This document shows, piece after piece, positions 14,000-26,888 of a DNA stretch of 64,000 nucleotides (positions within the stretch are counted from its first letter, which is position 1; every line of letters begins with the position of its first letter). Below the pieces are notes generated by a model. It was not told where the DNA came from and did not search any database. It was given only the letters and a program-made list of their open reading frames with translations. This DNA is from the human T2T-CHM13v2.0 reference genome, Homo sapiens. Location: assembly GCF_009914755.1 (NCBI RefSeq), contig NC_060929.1; one strand, 5' to 3'. A program made the translations under genes and the position numbers.

Positions 14000-14600
14000 G
14001 GAGTAAAACACCCAGACTCCCTGCACAAGGCATCAGCTACCACTGGTTCAGGAAAATCTGACACAAATAATCCTGAACAAAATAAGAAATCAGCGTCCAG
14101 CCATAAAAATTGACTATAAGAGAGCCAAAATTGAGAATAAGAATAGAAATTTCAGCAGGAGAAAAACCTGCCTCAAAAAATCCTCAAAGCTAATGAAAAG
14201 TGTACCACAACCCTCCAAGATAAACAAGCAATTGCAGATTTAAAAGGTCATCACAAATCAGAGGCTCAAAAACTCAGAATACAAATAGATAAATACTGGA
14301 AGGTATAAAATTACAGCTAGCAACATTCAAGTAAGAAACTGAAGAAAAAGATAGAAATCATAACAGAAAGTAAGGACAAATTATGGGGTGCCCAAGGGAA
14401 AACATATATAACCAAAAGCACAGTAAGAGACTTAGAGAACAGAAATAAGAAGATACAAATAAGAAATTAAAATGAAAATAAAGGAAATTAAAAATATGAG
14501 AAAATAATAAATATAAAAGCCTGTCAAAGAATATACAACACAGATGCAACTGGAGTAAATGAAGACTAAATTAACACAATGGAACAGAACTGATATTTAA
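14000..14600 (+). mobile_element. Degenerate L1M ORF1-region remnant
   Basis: Strongly A-rich plus strand with an L1 ORF1-like texture; no intact ORF. Confidence 0.5.
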
Positions 14601-14612
14601 AACTATAATTCT

Positions 14613-14915
<303 letters not shown>

Positions 14916-14925
14916 ACTATAATTC

Positions 14926-15186
14926 CATACCTATAATCTCAGCACTTTGGGAGGCTGAGGTGGGAGGATCCCTTGAGTTCAGGAGTCTGAGACCAGCCTG
15001 GGCAACATGGTGAAATCCTGTCTCTAAAAAAAATATAGAAATTAGCCAGGTGTGGTGGTGCACATCTGTGGTCCCAGCTATTTGGGAGGGCTGAGATGGG
15101 AGGATGGCTTGAGCCCAGGAGGCAGAGGTTGCAGTGAGCCAAGATTGCACCACTGCACTGCAGTCTGAATGACAAAGCCAGACCCA
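14926..15186 (+). mobile_element. AluJ-like, 5'-truncated
   Basis: CAGCACTTTGGGAGGCTGAGGTGGGAGGATCCCTTGAG...GGAGGATGGCTTGAGCCCAGG carries J-type diagnostic sequence. Confidence 0.9.
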
Positions 15187-15213
15187 GTAGATATATATAT
15201 ATTTTTTATATAC

Positions 15214-15457
15214 TTTGTTGATGAGATCAGATTCATGGGAACTTGCGGACAGTGATGGGAAAAGGTGTCGGGAGCCTGTGTCACACCTGGGGCCCATCGA
15301 AGTGACCGAACAGCACTCCAAAGGCATGAGCACTTCTCAGTATGGAAATAATTCCTCAGTTTCCAAAAAATCCACATTTGTTTTTCTATGAATGGTGGGA
15401 TTTTATTTAATTATATTTTATTGTTCAACCCTGTCTGTGTTTTGTAAGTTTTCTGAA
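15214..15457 (+). repeat. ~245-bp direct duplication, copy A (partner 17090-17332)
   Basis: GAGATCAGATTCATGGGAAC...GTGATGGGAAAAGGTGTCGGGAGCCTG...TTGTAAGTTTTCTGAA occurs twice. Confidence 0.95.
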
Positions 15458-15469
15458 TTTAATTCTACC

Positions 15470-17068
15470 TATTGAAAGATGCCCATCATATACTCAAGAA
15501 AATCAACTTGGAACATTGAAATCAAATACAAAAATTGTGGGATGGAGCTAAAGCAGTCCTTAAGGAGAAATTGATTAATGCCTATATTAGACATGAAGAA
15601 AAAGTTTAAATCAATTATCTTTGCTTCCACCTTAGGGAGCTAGTTAAAAAAGAAAAAAATTAAGGTCAAGGTAGGCAGGAAAAAAAAGAAATAATAAAAA
15701 CAGAAGGAAATTTAATGAAATATAAAACAACGGAGAAAATTTACAAACCCAAAATTTGTTATTTGTAAAGATTAAGGCCGGGTGCAATGGGTCACACCTG
15801 TAATCCCAGCACTCTGGGAGTCTGAGGTGGGCAGATTGCTTGAGCTCAGGAGTTCAAGACCAACCTTGGCAACATGGCGAAATTTCGTCTCTACAAAAAA
15901 TACAAAAATTAGCTGGGCATGGTGGTTTGAACACCTGTAGAAGGAAGCTACTTGGGAGGCTGAGGTGGGAGAATCACTTGAACCCAGGAGGCGGAGGTTG
16001 CAGTGAGCCAAGATTATGCCACTGCACTTCAGCCTAAGCAACAGAATGAGACTCTTTCTCAAGGAAAAAAACAAAAGATTAATAAAATTGAAAATCCCTT
16101 AACAAGACTGATTATTTAAAAAAAAAAAAGGCAAGACAAATCATCAATGTCAGGAACCAGGAAGGGGCATCACAACAGGTCCTGCAGACACGCAAAGGGT
16201 AATGAGTGATGACACGAACAATTTCATGCTGATGCATTCGACAGCTTAGATAAAATGGACAAATTCCCTGAGAGACACACATTACCAAAATAAACCCAGG
16301 CAAAAATAGAAAATTTAAATCGCCCTATATTTGTTAAAGATATTAATTCATAATTAAACTCCTTATAAAGAAAATTCCAGGCCCAAACAACTTCATTAGT
16401 AAATTCCATCTAGTGTGTAAGAAAGAAGTAACATCTATTCTATATAAACTCATAAACTAGAGGAGGAACTATCATTTCCTAAAGTATTTTATGACGTTAC
16501 TATAACCAGAATTCAAAAACCAGACAAAGGCATTATAAGGTCAGAAATTGACAGACCAATAGCCTTCATAAGCATAGATGCAAAAATCACTAACAAAACA
16601 TAAGCATATCAAATTCAGCAATAAGTAACAAGAATAAGATATCATGATTAAGTTGGACCACTTAATCATGATTCTAGAAAATTCCAGAAATGCAACATCT
16701 GTTTAACATAAGAGAATAAATCAATGTAGTTCACCAAATTAACTAAAGAAGAAAAATTATATTGTCATTTCAATAGATGCAAATCAATTATTTGAGAAAA
16801 TATAACACCGTTTTATAACTTAAAAACTCTTAGCAAATGTTGGTAGAAAATAGTTGGTAAATTTTTCAACCTGATAAAGAGCTCTTACCGCTTCTTCTCA
16901 GTATAGTACAAGAGGTACTAGCCACTGCAGTAAGACATGAATGGGAAATGGAAGTCATATTAATCCAAAATAAAGAAGTAAAAGTGCTGAGGGAAAGAAG
17001 CTGAATGCCAACTAGTTTATACTGAATTATTCCATTTACATGAAAGTCTTGAACAGGTAAGACTAAAC
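15470..17068 (+). mobile_element. Decayed L1M ORF2 and 3' fragment
   Basis: GGGATGGAGCTAAAGCAGT, TAGATAAAATGGACAAATTCC, AAACCAGACAAAG, CATAGATGCAAAAATC and TTTCAATAGATGC are L1 ORF2 hallmarks; many stops and frameshifts. Confidence 0.85.
15776..16073 (+). mobile_element. Alu inserted in the L1, TSD AAAGATTAA
   Basis: Full dimer; the TSD occurs at 15767-15775 and 16074-16082. Confidence 0.95.
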
Positions 17069-17089
17069 TTTGTTGTTGTTGGTTGTTTG

Positions 17090-17332
17090 TTGTTGACGAG
17101 ATCAGATTCATGGGAACATGTGGGCAGTGATGGGAAAAGGTGTCGGGAGCCTGCGTCACACCTGGGGCCTGTTGAAGTGACTGAACAGCACTCCGAAGGC
17201 ATGAGCACGTCCCTGTATGGAAATCATTTCTCAGTTTCCAAGAATATCCACATTGGTTTTTCTACAAATGGTGGGATTTTATTTAATCATATTTTATTGT
17301 TCAATCCTTTTTTTATTTGTAAGTTTTCTGAA
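17090..17332 (+). repeat. ~245-bp direct duplication, copy B (partner 15214-15457)
   Basis: Colinear match to copy A with scattered substitutions. Confidence 0.95.
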
Positions 17333-18334
17333 ATGACTATGTATTACATTGGTAAATCAAAATATTAACTAATCCAATGTAGTCCAAACAGTAAAAATAC
17401 GACCTAAAATTATCTCAAGGTATAAATGCTTAGCAAAGAGTGATGTAGGGCCTAGCTCTCTTCTGAGCTATTTGATGAGCTCTTTCTAGAAGATGTTCTT
17501 ACAATGAACTTGGGTAACAGAAGAAAGGATTCATAATCATAATGAAGGCCTGGGGCTGGGAGGGCATCTGGTCAATAAGAAATTGGCCCCTAAACCTCGA
17601 AGGTCCAGGCCCGAGGTTGGTCAGTTACTCCTCTCAGGTCAGCCTTGGAGGCAGCTGCCTTGTATTGGCTTCTTGACTCTTTGTTCTTCCTCTTCTCCAT
17701 GTGTTTTGGGTCACAGTTCCTTTCTTCCTAAGTTTCACAAAGTCCTCACTGAGGTCTTCCTCCTGCCATGTCCTCAGTTACCTCCTGGGCTCAGCCTCGC
17801 AGGAGGAGCTCCCTCTGTTGCTGCTCCCCTGGGCATCGGGCATCTGGCATCTTCAAACACCACATGGCCTTCCAGTTCTTCTCCCATCCCCACCCACCCA
17901 TGCCTCCGTGGGGAGGGCGGCAACTCTCCCAGGTCTTTGCCTCTGGAGGGCTGAGGCCCCACTCTCTTCCCAGGATTTGTGCCAATTGCTTTGGTGACAC
18001 AGACACATGGGATCCCGTCTGTCCTGTCACTCCCTGTCCCCTCTCGGAGCTTCCTTTTTTTCTGACCCCTTCTGGATGCATTCAGGGCAGGACACAGTGG
18101 GCAGTGGGAGCTGCGAGGAGCCTCTGAGCACATGGAGCTGTCTCCTCCAGGACTGTCCTGAGGGGCAGTGGACACAGCCCACAGCAGACACTGGCCTTGC
18201 TGAGCAGGGAGACTAAGGACAGCAGCCTGGTGAGACCAGGAGCTCGGCTGAGAAAAGCCGCGCCCTCTCCGGGGAAAGCCCTGCGCCTCCCGTGCGGCGT
18301 CTGTTATGGTGGATGCCGCCGGCAGAGAGCGACA

Positions 18335-18692
18335 CTGTGGACTAAGCCGTGTCCTCCAAAGTCATAGGTGAGGCCCCAGCCCCCACGGGACTGTATCTGG
18401 AGCTAGGACATTAGGGAGGGAATTAAGGTTAAATGAGGTTGTGAGGAGGGCCCTGACCCGATAGGACATGTCCTTGTAAGAAGAGAAATCGACACCAGGG
18501 ATGCGCGTGCGCAGAGGAGTGGCCGTGGGAGGACACGGGAGAAGCCACAGTCTGCAGGCCATGAAGAAGCCTCGGGAGAAACCGCCCAGTGGCCCCTTGG
18601 TCTTGAACTCCCGGCCCCCAGACTGGGAGGGAACAGTTTCTGGTGTTGAAGCCCCGGCCCGTGGTACTTTGTTACAACTGCCTGAGCCAACA
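18335..18692 (+). mobile_element. MLT1A-like MaLR LTR
   Basis: AATTAAGGTTAAATGAGG...GTCCTTGTAAGAAGAG...TCTTGAACTCCCGGCC...GTGGTACTTTGTTAC. Confidence 0.75.
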
Positions 18693-21498
18693 AGGCCAGA
18701 TGAAGAGGAAGGACAGCAGTGTGCCAGGTGTGTGTGGGCCTTGCACAGCCGGGGAGGCTCTGGTGTCAGGAGGTCCTGTCTTCAGCCTGGCTGGGTAGTG
18801 CTGGTGAGTCAGCTGACATCCGGGGCTCTGTGTTCATTGTCTACCTTGTGGGCAGCAAAGCAGATGACCCTCCTGCATTGAAGCCCCCTGGGCCTCTGGT
18901 CACCCAGAAGTCAGAGTCGGGAGACACACACCTGCTGTCCATACCTGCTGCCCTGGTGCGACTGCAAAGAAAGGCAGAGACCCAGGGGCATCGGCTATGG
19001 CACCAGGATGCAAAACACCAAGTGCCTCTCCCTCCCTGGGAACACTGGCAAAGGTGAAGCGAGCCACAGCCTGGCGTGAAGATGAGGGTTGGTCCGGGCC
19101 GTGCTTGCCTGAGCAGCCCAGGGTTTCCTGTGCCCTCCAGCTGAAAGCTGGGGGCCTGTGGGGTGACCCAGGCTGCAATGGTCACAACGAGGGCAGCACT
19201 GGCTGTCACTGTCTGTCCCAAGCAAGCCCTTTGTCTCTGAGAGGGCAGGGTGCATGTGTGTGCATGTGTGTTATGGGCACCTTCCCAGCAGGAAAGCGAC
19301 ATGCCAGTTCCCCTCACCCCCCTCGGGGGGCCAGTTTCCACGGTCTCAGCTTGGTTGGGGGTATGGGCGCTCCCTTGCCCTAACCCCTGGGGGAGCCCAT
19401 TTTCCCAGACACAAGGACAAATCAGGCCGGCTCAGCTGGGGACAGCCAATTTCCTGCATTTATTTGTTTCTCCCGAAAGAAGGCTTCTGTTTGGTTCTAA
19501 TGAGTAGCTTTTCCTAAAGAGAAACAATAATAACAGCAGAAACGTAAGTGGATTCTGTAAACTTGTAATCATACGTGTCAAACACAGTGTGGTATTTTCC
19601 CCCGCAAAATAGAAATGGTGGGAAGTCATACAGAGTGGGTGCGGGAAATTGTGTTTTCTCTGACAGAAGTTAATTCTAAACTAAGTATTCCCTGAAAGGA
19701 AAGCAGGGAAACATTTTTACATGTCTATCATTCGCCCTTAGAGGACACAAAACAAATATGTTTTTTAATGCTTGACACCAGCATTATTCCGGGTGGCCTC
19801 GGGCTATATGCTGTTTTCCAGTTTGTAGAATTGGAGGAGAGGAAAACAGCCCTGCATTAAGAGGAACATATTGTACAGGTTAATCATAAGCACGCAGAAA
19901 TCAGAGTGCTGCCAGCCGGCAGGACGGAAGGCCTGGGCGCCAGGAGTTGCGGGAAGGCAAGGAAGGAGGCGGAGGTGGCAGCAACGAGGGGCCAGACCAG
20001 GGTCACTGCCCCGGTGGCAAACGCTTGTGGATATGCCATGGGCTGGAGCTCTTTTGGGTCCCTCTCCATCAGGAAGCCGCCCTTCACAGGTCTCCCAACG
20101 ATGCTTACGTGCAGAAGGAAGCTCCTTGGAAAGCCGAGGGTCATTTAATCAGAGTCCATTCCCCAAGAAGTCCCCGTCGAGGAGCACTTAGGCAGTCAGG
20201 TCCTGAGAGGCAGACGGCACCATCAGGGCCAAGGCACCGGGGCTGTCCCAGATCCTCCTGCGAATGTGGTGGGAATTACGACTGCTCCGCAAAGTGAGCC
20301 CAGACGCACACATTGCATAAAAGCGTAGCGGCCGCAGGGCCGAGGTTCCGGAGGGCACTTGTTGCTTCGGGGTGTGTGTGGCCCCACCTCGGGGTCTCTT
20401 ATCCAGCTTGGCCTTCGGTCACTCCCACCTCAGCCTCTCCCGCTGGGAGGCAGGCCCATGTGCGCCCTTTCGGTGGGGCGTGGAAGTCTTGCTTTGGTGG
20501 GAGGCAGCCCTACCTGGGATTTCCACTTCGAGGTTCCTTCTTTTCCATGGGATTAGGAGTGTTTCATCGCTGACCCTGGGGCCAAGCTTCAGGATTTCTA
20601 AGCCCACAGTCCCCCATGAAAACCCAGCCCACGTGGCTGATGCTGGGGGAGGGCTCTCAGAACAGGGGCTCTTGGGGTCCCTGCCCTGTGAGAGTTCAGC
20701 AAGAGGTCAAAGTGTGCAGCTACTGGCCCTGGTCCCCACTGCCTGTCAGCCTCCCTCCCCCACCCAGCCTGTCCTTCCAGGGGCCGCAGCAGGGCCAGCA
20801 GGGCACACATAGGCCTTCCTGGACCCCCGCAGGGGAACCCCAGCCCATGCACTTGCCCCATCCTGAGGGCGATGTGAGGCTGAGGGGCCCCTGGCCACGG
20901 GTCCCATTCCTTCCCGCCTCCTGCCAGTATGGCCTCCGGAGCACAGGCCCTTTACCATCCTTCTGAAATTCTCAGCAGCATCTGGAAGGGAGCTGGAAAC
21001 ATGGCCCAGGGAGTGAGTTGCCCACAGAACATTCTAGTCCGATGCTGGCCCCAGCTTCCCTTCTTCTTTCCTAGGCTATGTGCCTTTTACTCCCAGAGGC
21101 ATCCGGCCACCCTGGCTCCTGTGGGGATGGTGTCTCTCCCACTCTGTCTCTTCTCTCCATCCCTGTCTCTGTCATACATTCACGCTGCGTGATGGCTGAT
21201 TTGGTCCAGCAAGAAGGTGGCGCTGCGACCCCTCCCCTCCAGAGCATGGCTGCCACCACTGCCCAGGGAGGGTGGGAGGAGGGACGCTCTGTTCTCAGTT
21301 CCAAGAGGATCACACTGAACCCCAAACAGGTCTGCTGTTGGCATCAGAGATGCCCGCGGAGGGACTCGGCTGGCAGCCCCTGGCTCAGGGATCAGCATCC
21401 TGCCAGGGGTGGCTCCCGGGTGTCCTTTGCTGGACTCCGGCCTCGCCACTTCCCTGAGGCCTTCAACATCCAGTCTTGGGGGACAAATCAGTTTCCGT

Positions 21499-21895
21499 TG
21501 ATAAAAGAAAAACTTCAGCCAAATTAAATGTAAAGGAATTTAATTGAGCAATGGATGATTTGTGAATCGGGCAGCCTTCCCAGCCATAGCAGGCTCCAGG
21601 ACTCCAGTGCACCCTCGGGCAGAAGAATAATTTTGGATAGAAAAAGGAAAGTAACGCACAGAAGATGGAAGTGAGGCCCAGACACAGCCGGATTGTTACA
21701 GGTTGGTGTTTGCCTTATTTGAACACAGTTCAAACAGCTGGCTACATGTGATCGGCCAAATCTCAGTGATAGGCACAAGTGTAGGCTCTGGCCTGTTTAC
21801 ACCTCCACTTGTTATAGTTGACAATATGCAGAAAAACCTTTAGGCCGAACTTAAAATATGTAAGGAGGCAGCTTTAGGCTAAAGTTGATTTAGCA
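21499..21895 (-). mobile_element. Solo ERV1 LTR (MER57-like) with 4-bp TSD CCGT
   Basis: TG...CA ends with CCGT on both sides (21495-98 and 21896-99). The reverse strand reads TTTAGCCTAAAGCTGCCTCCTTACATATTTTAAGTTCGGCCTAAAGG near its start. Confidence 0.85.
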
Positions 21896-22228
21896 CCGTG
21901 CATTTTGAAACTCACATTGGCAGGAATCTCTTTTATTCACTTTCCCCAAGATGTCTTCTTGGGTCTTCCGACAGTGCCTCGCTGCACTTCAGGATCTTTC
22001 TCTAGGAACATCAAGCAGGCGACTGAATGGATAATGCATCCTCGTTCTCAGCTCAGCCCTTCCCTCTGTCAGAGGTGGGAAGGGCAGAGACACTGTTTCT
22101 GGAAGGTTCTTCTGTATCTGCTCTCCCACCGCCATCTCACCCTGGCCTACACCCTGGGACCTGGTTTCACAAGGACCTGGCAGAGCAGCCTTGGGACAGA
22201 CCCCAGATGCTGGAGGACGGTGTAGCTG

Positions 22229-22690
22229 CCTCAGCCTCACCCTCAGCCTCAGCCTCAGCCTCACCCTCAGCCTCACCCTTAGCCTCAGCCTCACCCTCAG
22301 CCTCACCCTTAGCCTCAGCCTCAGCCTCACCCTCAGCCTCACCCTCACCCTCAGCCTCACCCTCACCCTCAGCCTCACCCTCAGCCTCAGCCTCACCCTC
22401 AGCCTCACCCTCAGCCTCAGCCTCACCCTCAGCCTCACCCTCAGCCTCAGCCTCAGCCTCACCCTCAGCCTCAGCCTCACCCTCACCCTCAGCCTCACCC
22501 TCAGCCTCACCCTCACCCTCCGCCTCACCCTCACCCTCAGCCTCACCCTCAGCCTCACCCTCACCCTCAGCCTCACCCTCAGCCTCACCCTCACCCTCAG
22601 CCTCACCCTCAGCCTCAGCCTCAGCCTCACCCTCAGCCTCACCCTCACCCTCACCCTCAGCCTCACCCTCAGCCTCAGCCTCAGCCTCAC
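22229..22690. repeat. Hexamer array (CCTCAG/CCTCAC)n, 77 units; TGAGGC/TGAGGG on the minus strand
   Basis: Directly visible, with two CCTTAG variants and one CCTCCG variant. Confidence 0.97.
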
Positions 22691-23549
22691 CCGCTCCCCT
22701 CCGCAACTCCACCAAGCCCCAGGACAGCTCTGAGCTGTGCTCACTCTCTCCTGGGCCAGGCTGCAGACAGCACTGCCAAGCCACCACTTCCCCACGATCT
22801 CAAACAGCAAAGACTGCAAATGCTTGGGTGACTTTTTGGTCCCCAAAACTTTCTGGACTCACACCTGAGAAGGCACCTCTGAGGGAAGCAGGGCTGCAGC
22901 TGCCCAGACCAGGAGGGAAACTCCAGGGCTTGGTTGCTCACCTGGTTCCCCGCCAAGGTGGCCTCTCACTGGGGCCATTTAGCTGAGGGGGCTGCTGAGC
23001 TGGTGTGAGACCCCTGAGGCCAAGTTCCCCAATCTCCTGGGCTGTGTGTGGCGGTTCCTGATCCAGCTGTCCCCTCCTCATGTGTGAAGCACAGGTGGCA
23101 ACTGCAGGCACCGCTCAGGAGCCTGGGGGGGTGGTGGTGTCCATGCAACTGCCGGTTCGTGCATCCTTGGTGCTGTGTCTCAGCAGGAGACAAAAATGTC
23201 ACCCAACGTACCCCTCAGAAGAACCCCCCTGCCTCATCTGGTACTCCCCTAGACAACTCCTAAATAATGTCAGTCTCCTTGGAAGGGGTTAATAAGGCCC
23301 CTCACAGAACTTGGGTGATCACTTCAGAACCTTTCGGCCTTAGAGTAATTCTGCCATTGCACCGTCACCCTTGGGAACTGTGAGCATTCCCCATGGGAGC
23401 ACCCATCTTGTCTCAGGAAACTCACGTTGATCACTGCCCACTGGTTCAGAATAAAATATGGTCTGGACTGTTGAAGTGGAAGCCCCGGAAATGCTTAACG
23501 CCTTTTTCAGTGTTTTCATTTTCCTAAACGGGAGGGATCCTCCAGTGTA

Positions 23550-23812
23550 CATATGTGCGCACACACACACTCATAAACACACCACACATGCAAACATGTA
23601 AATGCACCATGAGAACACACATGAACTACACATGCACTGACATGCCATGTGTGCATGCACACACCACACACATGCACACGTCTGAGCACACATACCACGC
23701 ATGCGTGCACCCTATGCACTCACACACGCACATTCACACGTGCTCACATGTGCACACATGCACAGCATGCAAACATGCCACACACACACACCACACATCT
23801 GTGCACACATAT
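23550..23812. repeat. Degenerate (CA)/(CATG) low-complexity repeat
   Basis: CACACATG-type alternating purine-pyrimidine tract. Confidence 0.85.
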
Positions 23813-24219
23813 GCTCTGCCCTTCCACATGAGATTCAGTTGTTCCCTTGCAAGCTCTTACCCTGGAGTGGGCCCTGTCCCCAGAGATCCCTAAGAAACAG
23901 CCACGCACAGTTTGTCTGAAACTGGGCTCTGGACACAGAGCTCTGGAAGGGGTCCCCTGCCTTTGAAAAGGCCACAGGACTCTCAGCAGCTTGTAAGGAC
24001 TTGCGTGTCACAGTGTGGGTTTAAAACAAAGACGGGTCCCTCTGGTCTGTCAGATGCCATGACCAGCATTGCCCAGGTTGCTCCTCCTCTGGCTGCTAGG
24101 AAGGGTGAGGCTGGTAAGGCTGGATTACTTATCAGTGGGGGAATTTTTGGGCCTTTTGAAGTGGCTTTGTGAGTCTGGAGGCTCTGAGTTTGGCCCGGCG
24201 CCTGCTCTAGGGGTTGACA

Positions 24220-24450
24220 CGCGCACCTATAAATAACAGCGGTGACAGGTCCCCTGTCAGTACCCGCTGATGGACGGCCCCTTCTCCCGCCATTACAGCC
24301 TTGTGACTGTGGGAAAATTAATTTAAGTGGTAGTTAATTTCTAATGAATTCCACTCAAGCGGCTAATATGGTCCCTCGGCGTTATGGTAACCTTCATGGA
24401 TCATTGCATTATGTAAATAAATTCTACTTTATGCTGGTTTATTAAAAAAG
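24220..24450. promoter_or_regulatory. Candidate developmental enhancer (dense motif cluster)
   Basis: MEF2-like CTATAAATAA, inverted TGACAG pair, NKX2-type TTAAGTGG and CCACTCAA, several TAAT cores and FOX-type TGTAAATA in non-repetitive sequence. Function is inferred only. Confidence 0.4.
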
Positions 24451-24653
24451 AGAGTGAAGATTGGGAAGCCTGGTGAAATCTTCTCTCAGACGCACACAAC
24501 TAACAGACAGCAGGGAGATGTTTAAGGAAGGGAAGCCGCCCAGCCCAGAGGTGCTTTCCTGGAAGGCTGCGCTTCTCACCTCTAACTTTCCAGATGGACC
24601 CCACTGCCCACTTTCAGGGCTCCGCATACATATCTCCAAATCTCCAAATTCCA

Positions 24654-24955
24654 TTTTGTTTTGTTTGAGATGGAGTCTCAATTTGTCGCCCAAGTTGGAG
24701 TGCAGTGATGCGATCTTGGCTCACTGCAACCTCTGCCTCCTGGGTTCAAGTGACTCTCCTGCCTCAGCCTCCTGAGTAGCTGGGATTACAGGCAGGCGCC
24801 AACAAGCCTGGCTAATTTTTTTTTTTTTTGTATTTTTAGTAGAGACGGGGTTTCACCGTGTTGGCCAGGATGGTCTCAAACTCCTGACCTCAGGTAATCC
24901 ACCCTCCTCAGCCTCCCAAAGTGCGGGGGTAACAGGCATGAGCCACCACGCCTGG
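24654..24955 (-). mobile_element. AluS with TSD TCTCCAAATTCC
   Basis: Full antisense dimer; the TSD occurs at 24641-24652 and 24956-24967. Confidence 0.95.
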
Positions 24956-25479
24956 TCTCCAAATTCCTTGTGTCATCATTGTATTCCAAATGGAAAGAGG
25001 AGTGTTCTGCCTTAAACCACATGCAGTTCCTCATAACCCTCAGAGACAAACCTTGGGAGTACCCTGATCGGAAGCCCCACTCTGAGGACAAGTGCAGGCT
25101 GGAGGACCTGGGCGTGCTTCGGCTTCCTGGTCCAGCATGGAGAGGGACAGGCGTGCAGACTCCCCATAAATTCTTCCACGCAACCCTCAGCAGCCCACCC
25201 TGTGGAGGCCCCTCCATGGCCCTCCCTTGCCCACTCCTGGTCACTCCAGTCCCCTGGTGGCATTCGCTGAGGCAGAGACGCCCTCCACCCTGCAACTCTT
25301 TCCCGTCTCGGCACCCAAAGCCTTCCGTGCTCCCAGTCTTCCTCCAGTGCCTGGGCACCTGCTTTTCCCCTGCTGTGGCACCATCTTTTTCTATGTGGGA
25401 GTCCACAGGGCTGGAGCCGGGACCCCTTCTCTACCTACACATTCTCCTGGGGGACAGAGTCCAGCCCTTGGCTTTCAAT

Positions 25480-25930
25480 ATGCTTTGTTGGGTTGTCTAA
25501 TGCTGCAGTCAAGCCACCCTAAGGCAGGACTTCAAATTCAAATAGTAATGACCTTGCATGTTGTTCCCAGGTCTGGGGTGACTGGGCTCAGCAGGGCTGC
25601 TCTTGTTCAGCAGTGGTCAGATGGTGGCTGTGGCTGGGGTCGTCTCCTTCATCTCACCTGGTCCTCAGACTGAGGCTCCCATACCTGGACTCCTCTGGCG
25701 CACCTCTGTCTCAACAGCCTCTCCGTGGAGCAGCCTCCGGGTCTGGCCACTGAATGGTCCCGGGGCGAGGGCCCCAGGACAAGCCCACAGAGGCTTCGTT
25801 GGTTTCCTAAGCTCACTTTTCATTGTATTGATGGAGATGGTCGCAGAAGCCCATCCATGCAGGTGGCGTGGGGGCAGAGACCTCACCTCCTCAAGGAAGA
25901 AGGGTCCAAGAATTCTGGGCACATTGCAAA
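25480..25930 (-). mobile_element. Old MLT1 (I/J/K-like) LTR
   Basis: GTGACTGGGCTCAGCAGGGC...GGCTGGGGTCGTCT...AGACCTCACCTC matches the texture of a decayed antisense MLT1. Confidence 0.45.
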
Positions 25931-26082
25931 ACTTCCCACTCTTCCTGTGGCCTAGACACCCTGATCTTCACCTCCAGACTCAGGTCCAGCCTCTGGTCCT
26001 CTGTCTCGGGGGCTCACCCACATGGGCTGTTTGAGGGTGCTTTGCCTTCCTCCCGCTCAGTTTCCTGCTCACTGTGGGTTTA

Positions 26083-26574
<492 letters not shown>

Positions 26575-26812
26575 TCATCACCCAATTCCCACGTGCCATC
26601 TCTTTCCTGCCTGCCCCGACCAACACTGTTTCTCTGAATACCACAATGGGACCCAGCCTGAAGGCACCATTTTTCCTTCCAAACTCACCTCTTCCCAGTT
26701 CCCCACTGAGCAGAAGGAAACACCATGCACTCAGGCGCCCAGTCAAAAATGAAGAGGCCAGGCGCAAATTCTCCTGCTTCATCACCACACAGCCAATGCA
26801 CAGGTGTGTCTG

Positions 26813-26888
26813 GTCTACACCCGGGTCTACCCTGGAGTCTACCCTGGGGTCTACCCTGGGGTCTACGCTGGGGCCTACACTTGGGTCT
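26813..26888. repeat. 12-bp tandem repeat GTCTACCCTGGG, ~6 copies
   Basis: Directly visible. Confidence 0.85.

Noticed and set aside
22027-22986. 319-aa SA/SP-repeat protein as a real gene
   Set aside because: Its length is explained by a stop-free hexamer repeat, and there is no promoter or splice support; kept only as a conditional finding.
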